DNA of 63,056 nucleotides, counting the filler, from Octopus bimaculoides (Eukaryota): the NCBI RefSeq assembly GCF_001194135.2. It is 6 parts of 5 records of this genome, joined end to end, with 100 filler letters (N's around TTAATTAATTAA, not from the genome) between each part and the next. Parts side by side here need not be neighbours in the genome. Positions count along the whole stretch, not along the records: positions 44,995 to 57,467 come from NC_068981.1; positions 57,568 to 61,786 come from NC_069001.1; 4 more parts are not named here. The stretch is one strand, 5' to 3'. Each line of letters begins with the position of its first letter. Position 1 is the stretch's first letter. The position numbers were made by a program, and so were the translations under genes. Below, piece by piece: positions 47,466-59,694 of the stretch. A model generated the notes under the pieces. The model did no database searches. It was not told the DNA's origin and was given only the letters and a program-made list of their open reading frames with translations.

Positions 47466-48024
47466 TTATAAAAGTATGTGATCGAGTTTGTTACAGGAAT
47501 ATCCTATCAAAGGCGCCCTACTATTGTCTCCATTCGTCTTTCATTTTCCGGATCAAGAACATCCAGGAGAACCGTACAAACTTTGAGCCACGTTTTATCA
47601 ACTGTTGTCTAAACCAAGATTCAGTTTTGATCCACAATCTCCCTTCAGGGCATCCATAACCTTGTAGCCATCACAACAAACAGCTGACACTTCTATGTAG
47701 ACAACACCGCTCTTCATTTCTCCATAACATTGCTGGAGCAAGGTCCATGGATACCGCTTGGCAAACCTTCACAAAAACTTTGTATACAGGCGCCAATGAG
47801 GTCGTGCCATTCTTCTCTCCTTTAACGGTACAAAAAGATAAAAATAAAAAAACAGATTCAACTCGTTCATCAAAATAACGTTAAACCAACAAATATGTAA
47901 AACTGCACGTTTTTTGCAACCGTTCAAAAGGAATACCAATCCCGTTGATCTCACTGGTATGTAAAGGCATACGAAAACATGGAACATACACTGACACCCT
48001 AAATCAACCCACTAAAAGGGGTAA

Positions 48025-48425
48025 GAAAATGATGATGATGGTGGTGGTGGTGGTGTAGGGGATTATGATGATGGCGGTGGGGGTTGCGGTAATGGTAGTG
48101 GTGGTGGTGGAAGTGATTATGGTGATGGTGGTGGTTGGGGTAATGGTTGTGGTGGGCGTCGTCGTTTTCTTCGTTTTGGTACGATGATGATGGCGATGGT
48201 GGTGGTGGTGGTGGTGCTGGTGGAGGTGATGATGATGACGATAATGATGATGATGATGCCGATGAGATGTGCCTCCCGCTGCTATTACCTTCTGTTGATC
48301 TTAATGACTGTTTAGATGACATATAAGGAGAATAGTGATGACGACGATGATGAGGACTAGGATGAAGGTAACGAGGGAAATGAGCAAGACTATGGTAAGG
48401 ATGATGGTGATGATGATTAAGATGA
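48025..48425. repeat. Degenerate (GGT/GAT)n tract
   Basis: Direct inspection. Confidence 0.9.
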
Positions 48426-48796
48426 CTTCCTTGCGTGTTAATGTGTCATGAAAATTCATGCTTCATATTTTCTAACGCAAATGAACAAACAAAAATAATT
48501 GAAATTGATAAAATAAAAATAGAATATATATACGCGTGTGTGTGTGTGTGTGTGTGTGTGTATTATCGATTACACATACTCAATGTATACACCTTGCTTG
48601 TTTGCCAGTAGGCTGCGATTTAGCGCGGTGTGGATGACTCCCTCAAAGTGCCGCGTGTTGGTGCGTTGAGGTAGCCATCTCCATTGCATTAAGTCGTAAT
48701 CTTGCGACAAACATGCAAAGCGCATACATTGAGCATATATGGTCGATAATGTTACAACACTAACGCTGCTTCAAATTCGCATTTGAATATATGCAT

Positions 48797-48829
<33 letters not shown>

Positions 48830-48899
48830 TATATATGTCTTTGAAAAGAACTTTTTTCCACCCTTTCCCTTCCAGTCATTCCAATATATGACCGCATGT

Positions 48900-49085
48900 G
48901 CATCGTTGGCGATTTTCTTTCTCTGTCTTCCCTTCTTTGGACTTTTTCTATATTTCTGACGAAGAGCTCCGCTCGAAACATGAAAACCTCTTTCTTTTCT
49001 TTCCTTTCCTGAGCGTCCAATAACACTGTACTTGTTCCAACGTCCTCGCGTTGTTGTTTTTTCATGCTTGATCATGTTTGGATTG
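48900..49085 (+). mobile_element. Penelope-like element pseudo-LTR fragment with degenerate hammerhead core
   Basis: CTGACGA A GAGC TCC GCTC GAAA CATG at 48956-48982. Confidence 0.55.
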
Positions 49086-49087
49086 AC

Positions 49088-49184
<97 letters not shown>

Positions 49185-49185
<1 letters not shown>

Positions 49186-49320
49186 CAGTTGAAATATATA
49201 GAAAAGTAAGACGAAGACAAGTGTATGAATAACAAGCATGTGTATTAGTTTGACGCTCGGGAAAATGAAAAAATCTTTTTTTACGTTTCGAGCCTACGTT
49301 CTTCAACAGAAAGGAATGTA
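49185..49320 (-). mobile_element. Penelope-like terminal fragment, second copy
   Basis: Minus strand CCTTT CTGTTGA A GAAC GTAG GCTC GAAA CGTA AAAAAAG. Confidence 0.55.
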
Positions 49321-49774
49321 TCTGTGTGTGTGTGTATGTGTGTGTGTGTGTGTGTTTGTGTGTGTGTGGTGTATATGTGTGTGTGTTTGTGCTTGCGTGT
49401 GTGTGTGTATGTGGGGTGGGAAGTGTATCAATATATAATATATACCAAAATATATAACAAATGGGAAATGATATTTTGGATAATCAAGGTAATGAACGGT
49501 GAACGACTTCGAATAGATGGCGCTGCTCAACTATCACCATCCAACTAAGAATGGAACTTTAAGATGGTTACGAGATTAGCGAAGAGATACAATAAAATAC
49601 GTTGTAAATCAAAATTTACTTCTTTGAAAATAGCACACAATGTACTCATAAATGCATTCCATGAAAATGTCATGGTGATCTTGTCTTTAAGTAGAAGTTA
49701 ATAAGGATTGAGAGCACTTGGTCATGTTATTGGTTATTTGTCATGTTCCAAGGTGGAATGTGTTATACTGAATC

Positions 49775-49950
49775 TCTCTGAGAATTACGGGTACGGCTAA
49801 TTTAAATTACGGATACAGGTCATTTTTGTCAGCCGAGTGGACTGGTGCAACGCGAAATAAAGCGTCTTGCACAAGGACGCAACGCTTTACTGGGTATCGA
49901 ACTCACGACGTACCATTGTGAGCTGAATTACCCTTAACCACTAATCCTCT
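49775..49950 (-). mobile_element. tRNA-derived SINE (family F), diverged
   Basis: Minus head GGATTAGTGGTTAAGGG...GTGAGTTCGATACCC, then GTCCTTGTGCAAGACGCTTTATTTCGCGTTGCACCAGTCCACTCGGCTG. Confidence 0.65.
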
Positions 49951-49965
49951 ATAATGTTGACGTAC

Positions 49966-50170
49966 TAAGGTGGCGAGCTAGTACGCTGGACGGATTGCTT
50001 GGCGGTATTTCGCTCGTCGCTACGTTCTGAGTTCAAATTCCACCGAGGTCGACTTTGCCTTTCATCAATTTGGGATCGATAAAATAAGAACCAGTTGAAC
50101 ACTGGGGTCGATATAGTCGACTCATCTCTATCTCCCCCAAGCTACCCCTGTGGCAAAAATTTGAAATAAT
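49966..50170 (+). mobile_element. SINE family B, near full length
   Basis: AAGGTGGCGAGCT...TACGTTCTGAGTTCAAATTCCACCGAGGTCGACTTTGCCTTTCATC...ACTGGGGTCGAT. Confidence 0.85.
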
Positions 50171-51122
50171 TATATTGAAGCATTAAAAAACAATGAGAGG
50201 ATTTAACGAAATGATCTTTAGAAAAGGAACGTAACTCCAAACTCATATAAAGAACTAGGAAAATAAAATAAATTTCGTTCAGTATAACCGCCAATATATT
50301 CGGAATTTATCTTCATTTAGATTGCATTTCGTAATCACACCTAAAATGCAAGAAATATCAATTAACATTAAAAGAAGACACACTTGTCTCGAAAACATTG
50401 TTTCCAAGAATTCAGACGTCAATCTAAAACGCACACATTGTTAGCCCTCGACGCAACGCTCGACCATACTTACTTGAAAATTTGAGTACTTCTGTATTAT
50501 AAAGCGGTCTTTCGTTACCGTAGTAACTGTCTTTTGAGGACGGTTATTGCTCTAACAGATATTGTTATATTCTGAAGTTGTCGATAGAATGTTTGTATCT
50601 GGCACTGTGCGACCCCCAGCCGTACAGTGTTATTATCCTCAAAAGGTTGGATCATTATAACGTCTACTCAGTATCTGAGTATGATTTACTATATCAGCTT
50701 AGACACAACTATCAACACAGTCTACACGTACTCTTTCGACACTGGCCGACGTCATGTTACTTATAGTGACTGGGTCATTCCACTCGTCACGTATGAGGGG
50801 TGTACCATTATTGCTAATTCCCTACAACGTCTCCCCTTTTACGTCTTTCTCAGGAAGTGTCATTTTATTTAGCAATAATATTTTTATTCCCCCACCTCCT
50901 TTTTTGAGGTTTTTTCCGAACAATTTAATATTTTTTCTCTTGGCATCTATTTTCTGGAACTCTGTATGGTTCCTTTTTCTTTAACGTGTACATCTGGGTT
51001 TAATCACCTGCAATGATATTGGTACATGGAATGTATCGTACAACCATTCCATGGGTTCCTCGATGGTGGTGCTATAGCCTGAGCCAACACTGGCCGAAAT
51101 CTATCAAAGTATCAAATGATAT

Positions 51123-51157
<35 letters not shown>

Positions 51158-53473
51158 NNNNNNNNNNNNNNNNNNNNNNNNNNNNNNNNNNNNNNNNNNN
51201 NNNNNNNNNNNNNNNNNNNNNNNNNNNNNNNNNNNNNNNNNNNNNNNNNNNNNNNNNNNNNNNNNNNNNNNNNNNNNNNNNNNNNNNNNNNNNNNNNNNN
51301 NNNNNNNNNNNNNNNNNNNNNNNNNNNNNNNNNNNNNNNNNNNNNNNNNNNNNNNNNNNNNNNNNNNNNNNNNNNNNNNNNNNNNNNNNNNNNNNNNNNN
51401 NNNNNNNNNNNNNNNNNNNNNNNNNNNNNNNNNNNNNNNNNNNNNNNNNNNNNNNNNNNNNNNNNNNNNNNNNNNNNNNNNNNNNNNNNNNNNNNNNNNN
51501 NNNNNNNNNNNNNNNNNNNNNNNNNNNNNNNNNNNNNNNNNNNNNNNNNNNNNNNNNNNNNNNNNNNNNNNNNNNNNNNNNNNNNNNNNNNNNNNNNNNN
51601 NNNNNNNNNNNNNNNNNNNNNNNNNNNNNNNNNNNNNNNNNNNNNNNNNNNNNNNNNNNNNNNNNNNNNNNNNNNNNNNNNNNNNNNNNNNNNNNNNNNN
51701 NNNNNNNNNNNNNNNNNNNNNNNNNNNNNNNNNNNNNNNNNNNNNNNNNNNNNNNNNNNNNNNNNNNNNNNNNNNNNNNNNNNNNNNNNNNNNNNNNNNN
51801 NNNNNNNNNNNNNNNNNNNNNNNNNNNNNNNNNNNNNNNNNNNNNNNNNNNNNNNNNNNNNNNNNNNNNNNNNNNNNNNNNNNNNNNNNNNNNNNNNNNN
51901 NNNNNNNNNNNNNNNNNNNNNNNNNNNNNNNNNNNNNNNNNNNNNNNNNNNNNNNNNNNNNNNNNNNNNNNNNNNNNNNNNNNNNNNNNNNNNNNNNNNN
52001 NNNNNNNNNNNNNNNNNNNNNNNNNNNNNNNNNNNNNNNNNNNNNNNNNNNNNNNNNNNNNNNNNNNNNNNNNNNNNNNNNNNNNNNNNNNNNNNNNNNN
52101 NNNNNNNNNNNNNNNNNTATATATGTGTGTGTATGTATGTATGTATGTATGTATGTATGATACAGAACTGTAACCGCCTCGCCATTCCAATTATGCATAT
52201 TAACAGCAATTAAGTAAGAGAGAAAGAGAGAGGAGTGGGGTGGGGTGGGGTGGAGTGGGGGAGAGCACAGTGTATGTGAGAGGGAAATGAAAAGAAAAAG
52301 TGAAATAGTAAGACAACAAAAAAAAATGGCCGCTTATCTCATCGCTTATGAAGCAAAATATCAGCTACGTTTTTTAGCTGCGAGATTCTACTTTCACTTT
52401 TATTTTTAAACAGCCAAACTCAATTCAAATGTAGATTAATCTTTTACATAAATTAGACTGGCAATAGTTTTCATTTATCTGCTGGATCAGCTGAAGTCAT
52501 AACGGCAAAGTGTCTGTAGGGAGAAGCAGTTTATTCGCTGGAGAGGAGGCAAAGAATAACAACAGGAAACCAAGCATAGTATTAGACTTTCTTTCTCTCT
52601 CCTCTATCCCAATTTGCTTCACTTCTGTCTGCCTGTCTGTCGGGTCGCTCGTCCAGCAACAGAAAATTTCATTTATTTATTTATTTATTGTTAGTTTTTG
52701 TTCGTATGATTGTTTTAATGGTGTCTTTTATGTTTCTTTTTGTTTTGTTATTGTTTTCTATTTTGTATTCTTGCTTTCATTCTTAATAGATGTCACAATA
52801 GATCGACGCTGCATACAAGCAGACAATCGGACAATGATTTGATAGTCGAGTAAATAGAGTTAAAATAATGGATATTATCAGTTAGCAATGGACATTATCA
52901 GTTAGCAATCGTCATGGGAATATCGGAAAATGATGACGCCTGACCAGCTGGCTAAAATAAACTGCTGATTTCAATTTTATTTTCTTTATGGCCGAGTGGG
53001 GGCGAATAAGTAAATAAGACAATGAATGAAGACTATTGGATATCAAGCGTATCACATGATGGTTATGATCTGCTCACATACAGCGATTCAAACGACATCC
53101 TACACTTGACACCAATGGCGTGGAATCGAAACATTTCGCTTGCTTCTGAGATTTCATCACTTTTTCATTCGTTCAAGCTCCATTCTCTTCTTCCTCGCTT
53201 TTCTATGTTTTAAATCATCATCGTTCTGTCTTTGTTTTTCTTTATTATTTTTAATTCCTTTCTCTGTTCTTTCATTCATTTCTTGTTTTCTTTCTTTTTC
53301 CTTTCTTTCAGCCTCTTTCCCTTTCTCTTTCTCCCTCTCCCTCTCCCCCTCTTTCTCTTTATCTATCTATTTATCACTGTTTTTGCAATTCTATTTTTCT
53401 ATATCTTATTCATACTTATTTGCTCGTTAAACAAATCTATCATGTTGATATATATATAAGCACAAATATGCGT

Positions 53474-53518
<45 letters not shown>

Positions 53519-53770
53519 NNNNNNNNNNNNNNNNNNNNNNNNNNNNNNNNNNNNNNNNNNNNNNNNNNNNNNNNNNNNNNNNNNNNNNNNNNNNNNNNNN
53601 NNNNNNNNNNNNNNNNNNNNNNNNNNNNNNNNNNNNNNNNNNNNNNNNNNNNNNNNNNNNNNNNNNNNNNNNNTATATATATACATACACCTACACATAT
53701 GCATACATATGTGTGTGTGTGTGTGTGTATATACATACATACGTACGTACGTAATACATACATACATTGA

Positions 53771-53805
<35 letters not shown>

Positions 53806-54639
53806 AGGTATGTATATATTCATATAAACAGACATATTTTCATATTCCTTTCTGTCCTATTTTTTGTATATCTTTGTGTTTATAGTTCTCTCTCTCTCTC
53901 TGTATTTATCAATCTTTAATCTCATACTTATTCTCTCATCTTTCACTTTTCCCTTCCTATTCTTTCACTTTTCTCTCGATAGGATTCTTTCTCATTCCTT
54001 CAATTCGCCTCTTCTTCCTTTCTTCCCATTTTTCCCGCTCTCTCTGTTTCATTTTTCGTCAGTTTTAATTTTGTCCCTATCTTCCCTGTCTTCCGCTCTC
54101 CTTCTCCTTCTCTCTCTCTCTCTCTCTCTCTCCCCCACACACATACACATACGCATAAACATGCTCTAATTTGTAGCCATATTCAATACCTTATTCTCTG
54201 TCATCTCGTCTTAGCTGCTTCCGTATTCTATACCCCCGACAAGACACACACACACATTTTCTCTCCCCAGCTCTGTCCTGAGACACACAGTGAGATAGAA
54301 AGAGAAAGAAATCGAGAGAGAGAGCGACTGAGAATGAGGATTTCAGTGTTGATTCATTACGTGGCACCTTCAACAAGTTTCTTTTTTACTACAGATTCAA
54401 ATTGACAAAAAAATTCTGAGTGAAATTTTCGAGATTGAAGTTAGCATGCTCCGCATGTATGTATGCATGTATGCATGTATGTATGTATGTATGTATGTAT
54501 GTATGCATGTATGTATGTATATATGTATGCATAATATGTATGTATGTACGTATGAATGCATGTATGTATGTATGTATGCATGTATCTATGTATATATGTA
54601 TGCATAATATGTATGTATGTATGTATGTGTATGTATGTC

Positions 54640-55020
54640 ATTATTCAGTTTTATCTCAAGATTTCTTGCCAATAGAGAAAGAGCTGGTTTCTAACCTAGA
54701 TTCACGGCTCCTTCAGTGGAATTTCAACAACATTATCAGAGTATTTTCGTATGTATATGTGTGCGTATATATGCATGTATGTATGTATATGTGCAGATCT
54801 GTATGTTTTGTTTCATGTACGTATTCTCATGCATATAGTTGCATATCTAGACATGCTCATATATATTTAAATGAGAAACTTCTAAAAAGTTTTACAGATA
54901 ATAACAGTTCCAGTGATGGATTGGATCTGTAGTTTTCCAATTAGCTTTCTCCTTTCTGGTTTTGTGAAGCTTAATTTCTCAAGGTTGGCATTTAAGCAGT
55001 GTGTTACATATCTCAGGGCC
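54640..55020 (-). mobile_element. (CATA)n-tailed retroposon-like repeat, homolog of 3640-3995
   Basis: Colinear similarity over ~370 bp, same orientation, embedded in (ATGT)n. Confidence 0.7.
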
Positions 55021-55044
55021 CCAATAATTACAGGTATAAACCTT

Positions 55045-55076
<32 letters not shown>

Positions 55077-55724
55077 CACAACAGTTCGTATTTAGATCTT
55101 TGGTTCGAACTATGTGGAGGCATGGAAACCGCATGATTTTCTTATGCAAAATGGAACAACCGACCTGGTTTCAGACTTGTTTGAGGATTTTAATGCTGTA
55201 TTTCGCTACAGAATATAACCACGATTACAGATTTTGTGGGCTACACTTAATATATTAACAGATGTAACCCCTCTGCATTTATATAAAATACTTTGTTGGA
55301 CATCTGTGTACAAAAAAGACGAGTGACGCACAATCTAATCGCTCCTCCCAGCATTGGTTACTGAAAATATGTCCGTGTTAATAATATCGATTGACTAACC
55401 ACTAGGCCTCGTATCTTCTGTCTGTTAATATTAGTCATCAGCTAAAAAGCTATGCATGTTCACGAGATGACGTTGTAATCAGTCTCTTTCTTATCACATT
55501 ACTTGAGCAAACCTCGGAACCTGCAGGCGGCAAATTTCTCGATTTTCTAGAAATAACAGCGCAATCGCTAATAAATTAGAATCCATTGTCTCAAAGATAA
55601 TTCTGCCAAGACTATCAAAAAGGTTTCATACTGGACTTGTGTGAAATTTTACTTTTCTTTTATGATTACTCATTGAAGATTGACCTTGGGCTTAGGGCGA
55701 TATCATTGATCTTATTACATAAGA

Positions 55725-56000
55725 GATCACTATATTTCTTCGATCCCTAAAGGATACCAGACGGAGCCAACATCAGCCGGATTTGAACTCAGAACGTCAA
55801 AAGAAAAAAGAAAAAGAAACACAGCTAGGCTAGTACATCGCAATGGCTGAACAAAATAAAACAATCGTCCCCGTAACTTAGAAGTTCGGCAAACGATACC
55901 GACAGAGTAAATTCCAGGCTTCAATTCATTCGACTATAAATTTTTCGAGGTGGTGCCCTAGCATGGCCGCAGTCTAATGACCGAAACAAATAAAAGATAA
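55725..56000. mobile_element. SINE B fragment (minus, ~55725-55830) and SINE C 3' part (plus, ~55865-56000)
   Basis: GGATTTGAACTCAGAACGT; CGTCCCCGTAACTTAG...GGTGGTGCCCTAGCATGGCCGCAGTC. Confidence 0.65.
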
Positions 56001-56100
56001 AGGGTAATCATATGTTTTTAATTGTTTAATTATATTTTCATAAAAAAAAAAAAAATATTAAATCAAAAAGCTATTGAGCAAAAAAAAAACAGAAACAATT

Positions 56101-56131
<31 letters not shown>

Positions 56132-56665
56132 TAATAATAATAATAATAATAGTAACAATAAAAAATAAATATATAAATACAAGATAAATAAAAGGAAATA
56201 TTGGAATAATTTTCAAAAATAGTCTGTGTCGGTCGAAGAAACAGTTGAAAAGAAGCCAGGAATTTGACAAGAATTATTGACCAATCGAAACCCAAGAATA
56301 GGAAAAAGAGAAAATTATGGAAGATTGTATTGTAAGAAGAAAATGAATATTATTCAATAAATAACTGAAGAACATAACAAAAATGTTGTTTAGCATGTAT
56401 TGGGACATAAAACCTATCAGAGCTACTGATATTATCTCGCCCTACAATATATCAATATAAGGATCCATTTAGATATGGATGTGAGCGTGCGTGTGCATGT
56501 GTGATGTAGAAAGTTTAACGGATGTCTTTCGACATTGCCTGACCCTGTTTGTCCATTGTAAATCACTCCAGTCTCAGAGATGCCTACTTCTTTCAATGCT
56601 CAGCTTATATAGGCATTTATAAACATATATATATACATACATACACGCACACATATGTGTGTATA

Positions 56666-56702
<37 letters not shown>

Positions 56703-57067
56703 NNNNNNNNNNNNNNNNNNNNNNNNNNNNNNNNNNNNNNNNNNNNNNNNNNNNNNNNNNNNNNNNNNNNNNNNNNNNNNNNNNNNNNNNNNNNNNNNNN
56801 NNNNNNNNNNNNNNNNNNNNNNNNNNNNNNNNNNNNNNNNNNNNNNNNNNNNNNNTATGTTTGTATGTGTATATAATAGGAACACACAAACATGTATAGG
56901 TTTATATATGTATATGTACATGTATATGTATATGCATGTGTGTATATGCATATATATATATATATATATACTTTGTAAATGTTTTTGCTAAAAATACATG
57001 CAATAAATATCCTTCCATTTCACGCAAACATGCACACACATATAAATATATCTATATACGTACACAT

Positions 57068-57106
<39 letters not shown>

Positions 57107-57315
57107 CACACACACATATATATATATATGTATATACGCATATATAGATAGATATATACTTACATGCGTACATAAAATATATGCATATGTCTATCCATAG
57201 AGAAACGGAGGGAGAGACAGACAAGCAGACAGACAGACACAGATAGCTAGCTGCATCATAGATACATCCCTCCCTCTCTCCCTTCATCCATCCACCCATC
57301 CATCCATCCAACCAC

Positions 57316-57375
57316 AGCTAGCTAGCTAGCTAGCTAGCTAGCTAGCTAGCTAGCTAGCTAGATAGATAGATAGAT
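57316..57375. repeat. (AGCT)n self-complementary tetranucleotide run grading into (AGAT)n
   Basis: About 11 AGCT units. Confidence 0.95.
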
Positions 57376-57747
57376 ACATTTCTTTTATTAGCCACACAGG
57401 GCTCAACGAAGATGGGACAAATACAATGTAGAGCTTTTCTTTTTGGGAGGGGGAAGGAAGGAAAAAANNNNNNNNNNNNNNNNNNNNNNNNNNNNNNNNN
57501 NNNNNNNNNNNTTAATTAATTAANNNNNNNNNNNNNNNNNNNNNNNNNNNNNNNNNNNNNNNNNNNNACATTTTGCTGTTTTTTAAAAGAAAGAAAAGAA
57601 AATTTAGTCATTTAAAACATTTTTGCTTCTTTTCTTCTTCTCAGTGGAGTTCCTCCAGGGGCAAGACAATTTTTCTTTGTTATTTGAAAATTGCAAAAAG
57701 GAAACCAAATAACTAAATAAGTAAAAATAAAAATGAGAAAAAAAATC

Positions 57748-57797
<50 letters not shown>

Positions 57798-58030
57798 TTG
57801 ATAATAATAATATTTAGAAATCATAATAAGCAAGATTTTGCTGATAACTTTTCACGTAAGATTAGATGTGAGTCTGGAGAAAGAAAATACGAAACGAACT
57901 CTTTGAAAAATTGTATGGTTTTTAGGAATGAAGGTTAATACCCAGGGTGGGCAGAGAATTGACTAAAGTTAAAAAGTTACACATAAACAGTAAACAACAT
58001 TAAGAACAAATCGTGGCTGTGATAGTCTAC

Positions 58031-58190
58031 TGTTAGTTAGGCAGGTATATATAGACAATAAAGTCCATCAGAGATAGATCTGGATCTAATATTGTGAATG
58101 TGATAATCAAATGTTAGTTAGACAGGTACATGTAGACAATTAAGTCCATCAAAGACAAGCCTTGGTCTAATAGTGTGACTGTGAGAGTCA
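58031..58190. repeat. 81-bp tandem duplication
   Basis: TGTTAGTTAG-CAGGTA-AT-TAGACAAT-AAGTCCATCA at 58031 and 58112. Confidence 0.85.
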
Positions 58191-58227
58191 ATTGTAAGAA
58201 AAGTTGATTGAATACATTAGACATATA

Positions 58228-58412
58228 GCTTGCTTACCAACCACATGGTTCCGGGTTCAGTCTCACTGCGTGGCACCTTGGGCAAGTGTCTTCTACTATA
58301 GCCTCGGGCCGACCAAAGCCTTGTGAGTGNNNNNNNNNNGCTCGACTAAAGGTGGTGCTGCAGCATGGCCGAAGTCAAATGAGTGAAACAAGCAAAAGAG
58401 TAAAAGAGTAAA
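58228..58412 (+). mobile_element. SINE family C (5' part, short N gap, 3' end)
   Basis: CCAACCACATGGTTCCGGGTTCAGTCTCACTGCGTGGCACCTTGGGCAAGTGTCTTCTACTATAGCCTCGGGCCGACCAAAGCC...GCTCGACTAAAGGTGGTGCTGCAGCATGGCC. Confidence 0.85.
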
Positions 58413-58517
58413 GAGTATGTCTTTTGTTTGCAATAATACAAGATCAGATAACGATAATCTTAGCCTGGACTGGTCCTTGCATTTATTAAGGGGTTCCTCT
58501 TGTCAAGATTTTTCTGG

Positions 58518-58560
58518 GTCAGTGGAAAGGTAAGACCTAAGGGTCTGTCTTTCCACTGAC
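58518..58560. other. Strong stem-loop (12-bp perfect + 5-bp stem)
   Basis: GTCAGTGGAAAG...AGACC TAAG GGTCT...CTTTCCACTGAC. Confidence 0.6.
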
Positions 58561-59242
58561 AATCTGGTGTAGGGATTGTCACGAGAGTCAGTTATTCAAG
58601 ACTTAACGGGTCTCTGATGGGCACCTGCACCATTTGTAGGTTTAATGGACAGTCATTGTTGAATATTCCTTGTTGAGTCATTCACACTCATATTGTCCTG
58701 TCTGTGTGTCCACCCACACTTCACACACTGGGGTTAGACCCAAGAATGAAGATGCCTATTTATTCACCGACGATCCCATCACAAAAGCAACTTACACTTG
58801 GTTTATAAAATTACTAGTAACAGATTAAGAATGGCCACAGAAAACAAAATTAAGAGAAGGCAAACAAATATACAACATATTCCAGCCTTCTAGTATCAGA
58901 CGGCACGATACAGATGCACTCTCATAGTATATCTGTATGGTGACAGCAAACTGGTAAAGTGGCTGAATCGTTAGATCGCTGGATATTCGTTTCCTAGTTC
59001 ACTGCACCCTGAGTTTAAATAACACCAACTTTAACTTTGCTTCCATAATTTTATGGTTGATAAACAATGTAACACTGTTGGAGTAATTCTTCTCAGCTTA
59101 TACTGTTTATCTCTGTGAAAGATATTGAACGCGGTCAACCCGGGATAAGGATTGGCATCGTCAGGTTTAGATGTCCAAGACAGACTTGTATATTGCAATG
59201 GTGTCCCTACGATTTAATCGGGAGTTGAGAGTCTACGACATA

Positions 59243-59285
<43 letters not shown>

Positions 59286-59655
59286 NNNNNNNNNNNNNNN
59301 NNNNNNNNNNNNNNNNNNNNNNNNNNNNNNNNNNNNNNNNNNNNNNNNNNNNNNNNNNNNNNNNNNNNNNNNNNNNNNNNNNNNNNNNNNNNNNNNNNNN
59401 NNNNNNNNNNNNNNNNNNNNNNNNNNNNNNNNNNNNNNNNNNNNNNNNNNNNNNNNNNNNNNNNNNNNNNNNNNNNNNNNNNNNNNNNNNNNNNNNNNNN
59501 NNNNNNNNNNNNNNNNNNNNNNNNNNNNNNNNNNNNNNNNNNNNNNNNNNNNNNNNNNNNNNNNNNNNNNNNNNNNNNNNNNNNNNNNNNNNNNNNNNNN
59601 NNNNNNNNNNNNNNNNNNNNNNNNNNNNNNNNNNNNNNNNNNNNNNNNNNNNNNN

Positions 59656-59694
<39 letters not shown>

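Noticed and set aside
47999-48322. His/Pro/Ser-rich ORF
   Set aside because: Short degenerate (GGT/GAT)n tract with no complex segment or splice support, unlike 31449-32204.
52230-52262. G-quadruplex motif (GGGGT)n
   Set aside because: Formally G4-capable, but it sits among simple repeats with no functional context.
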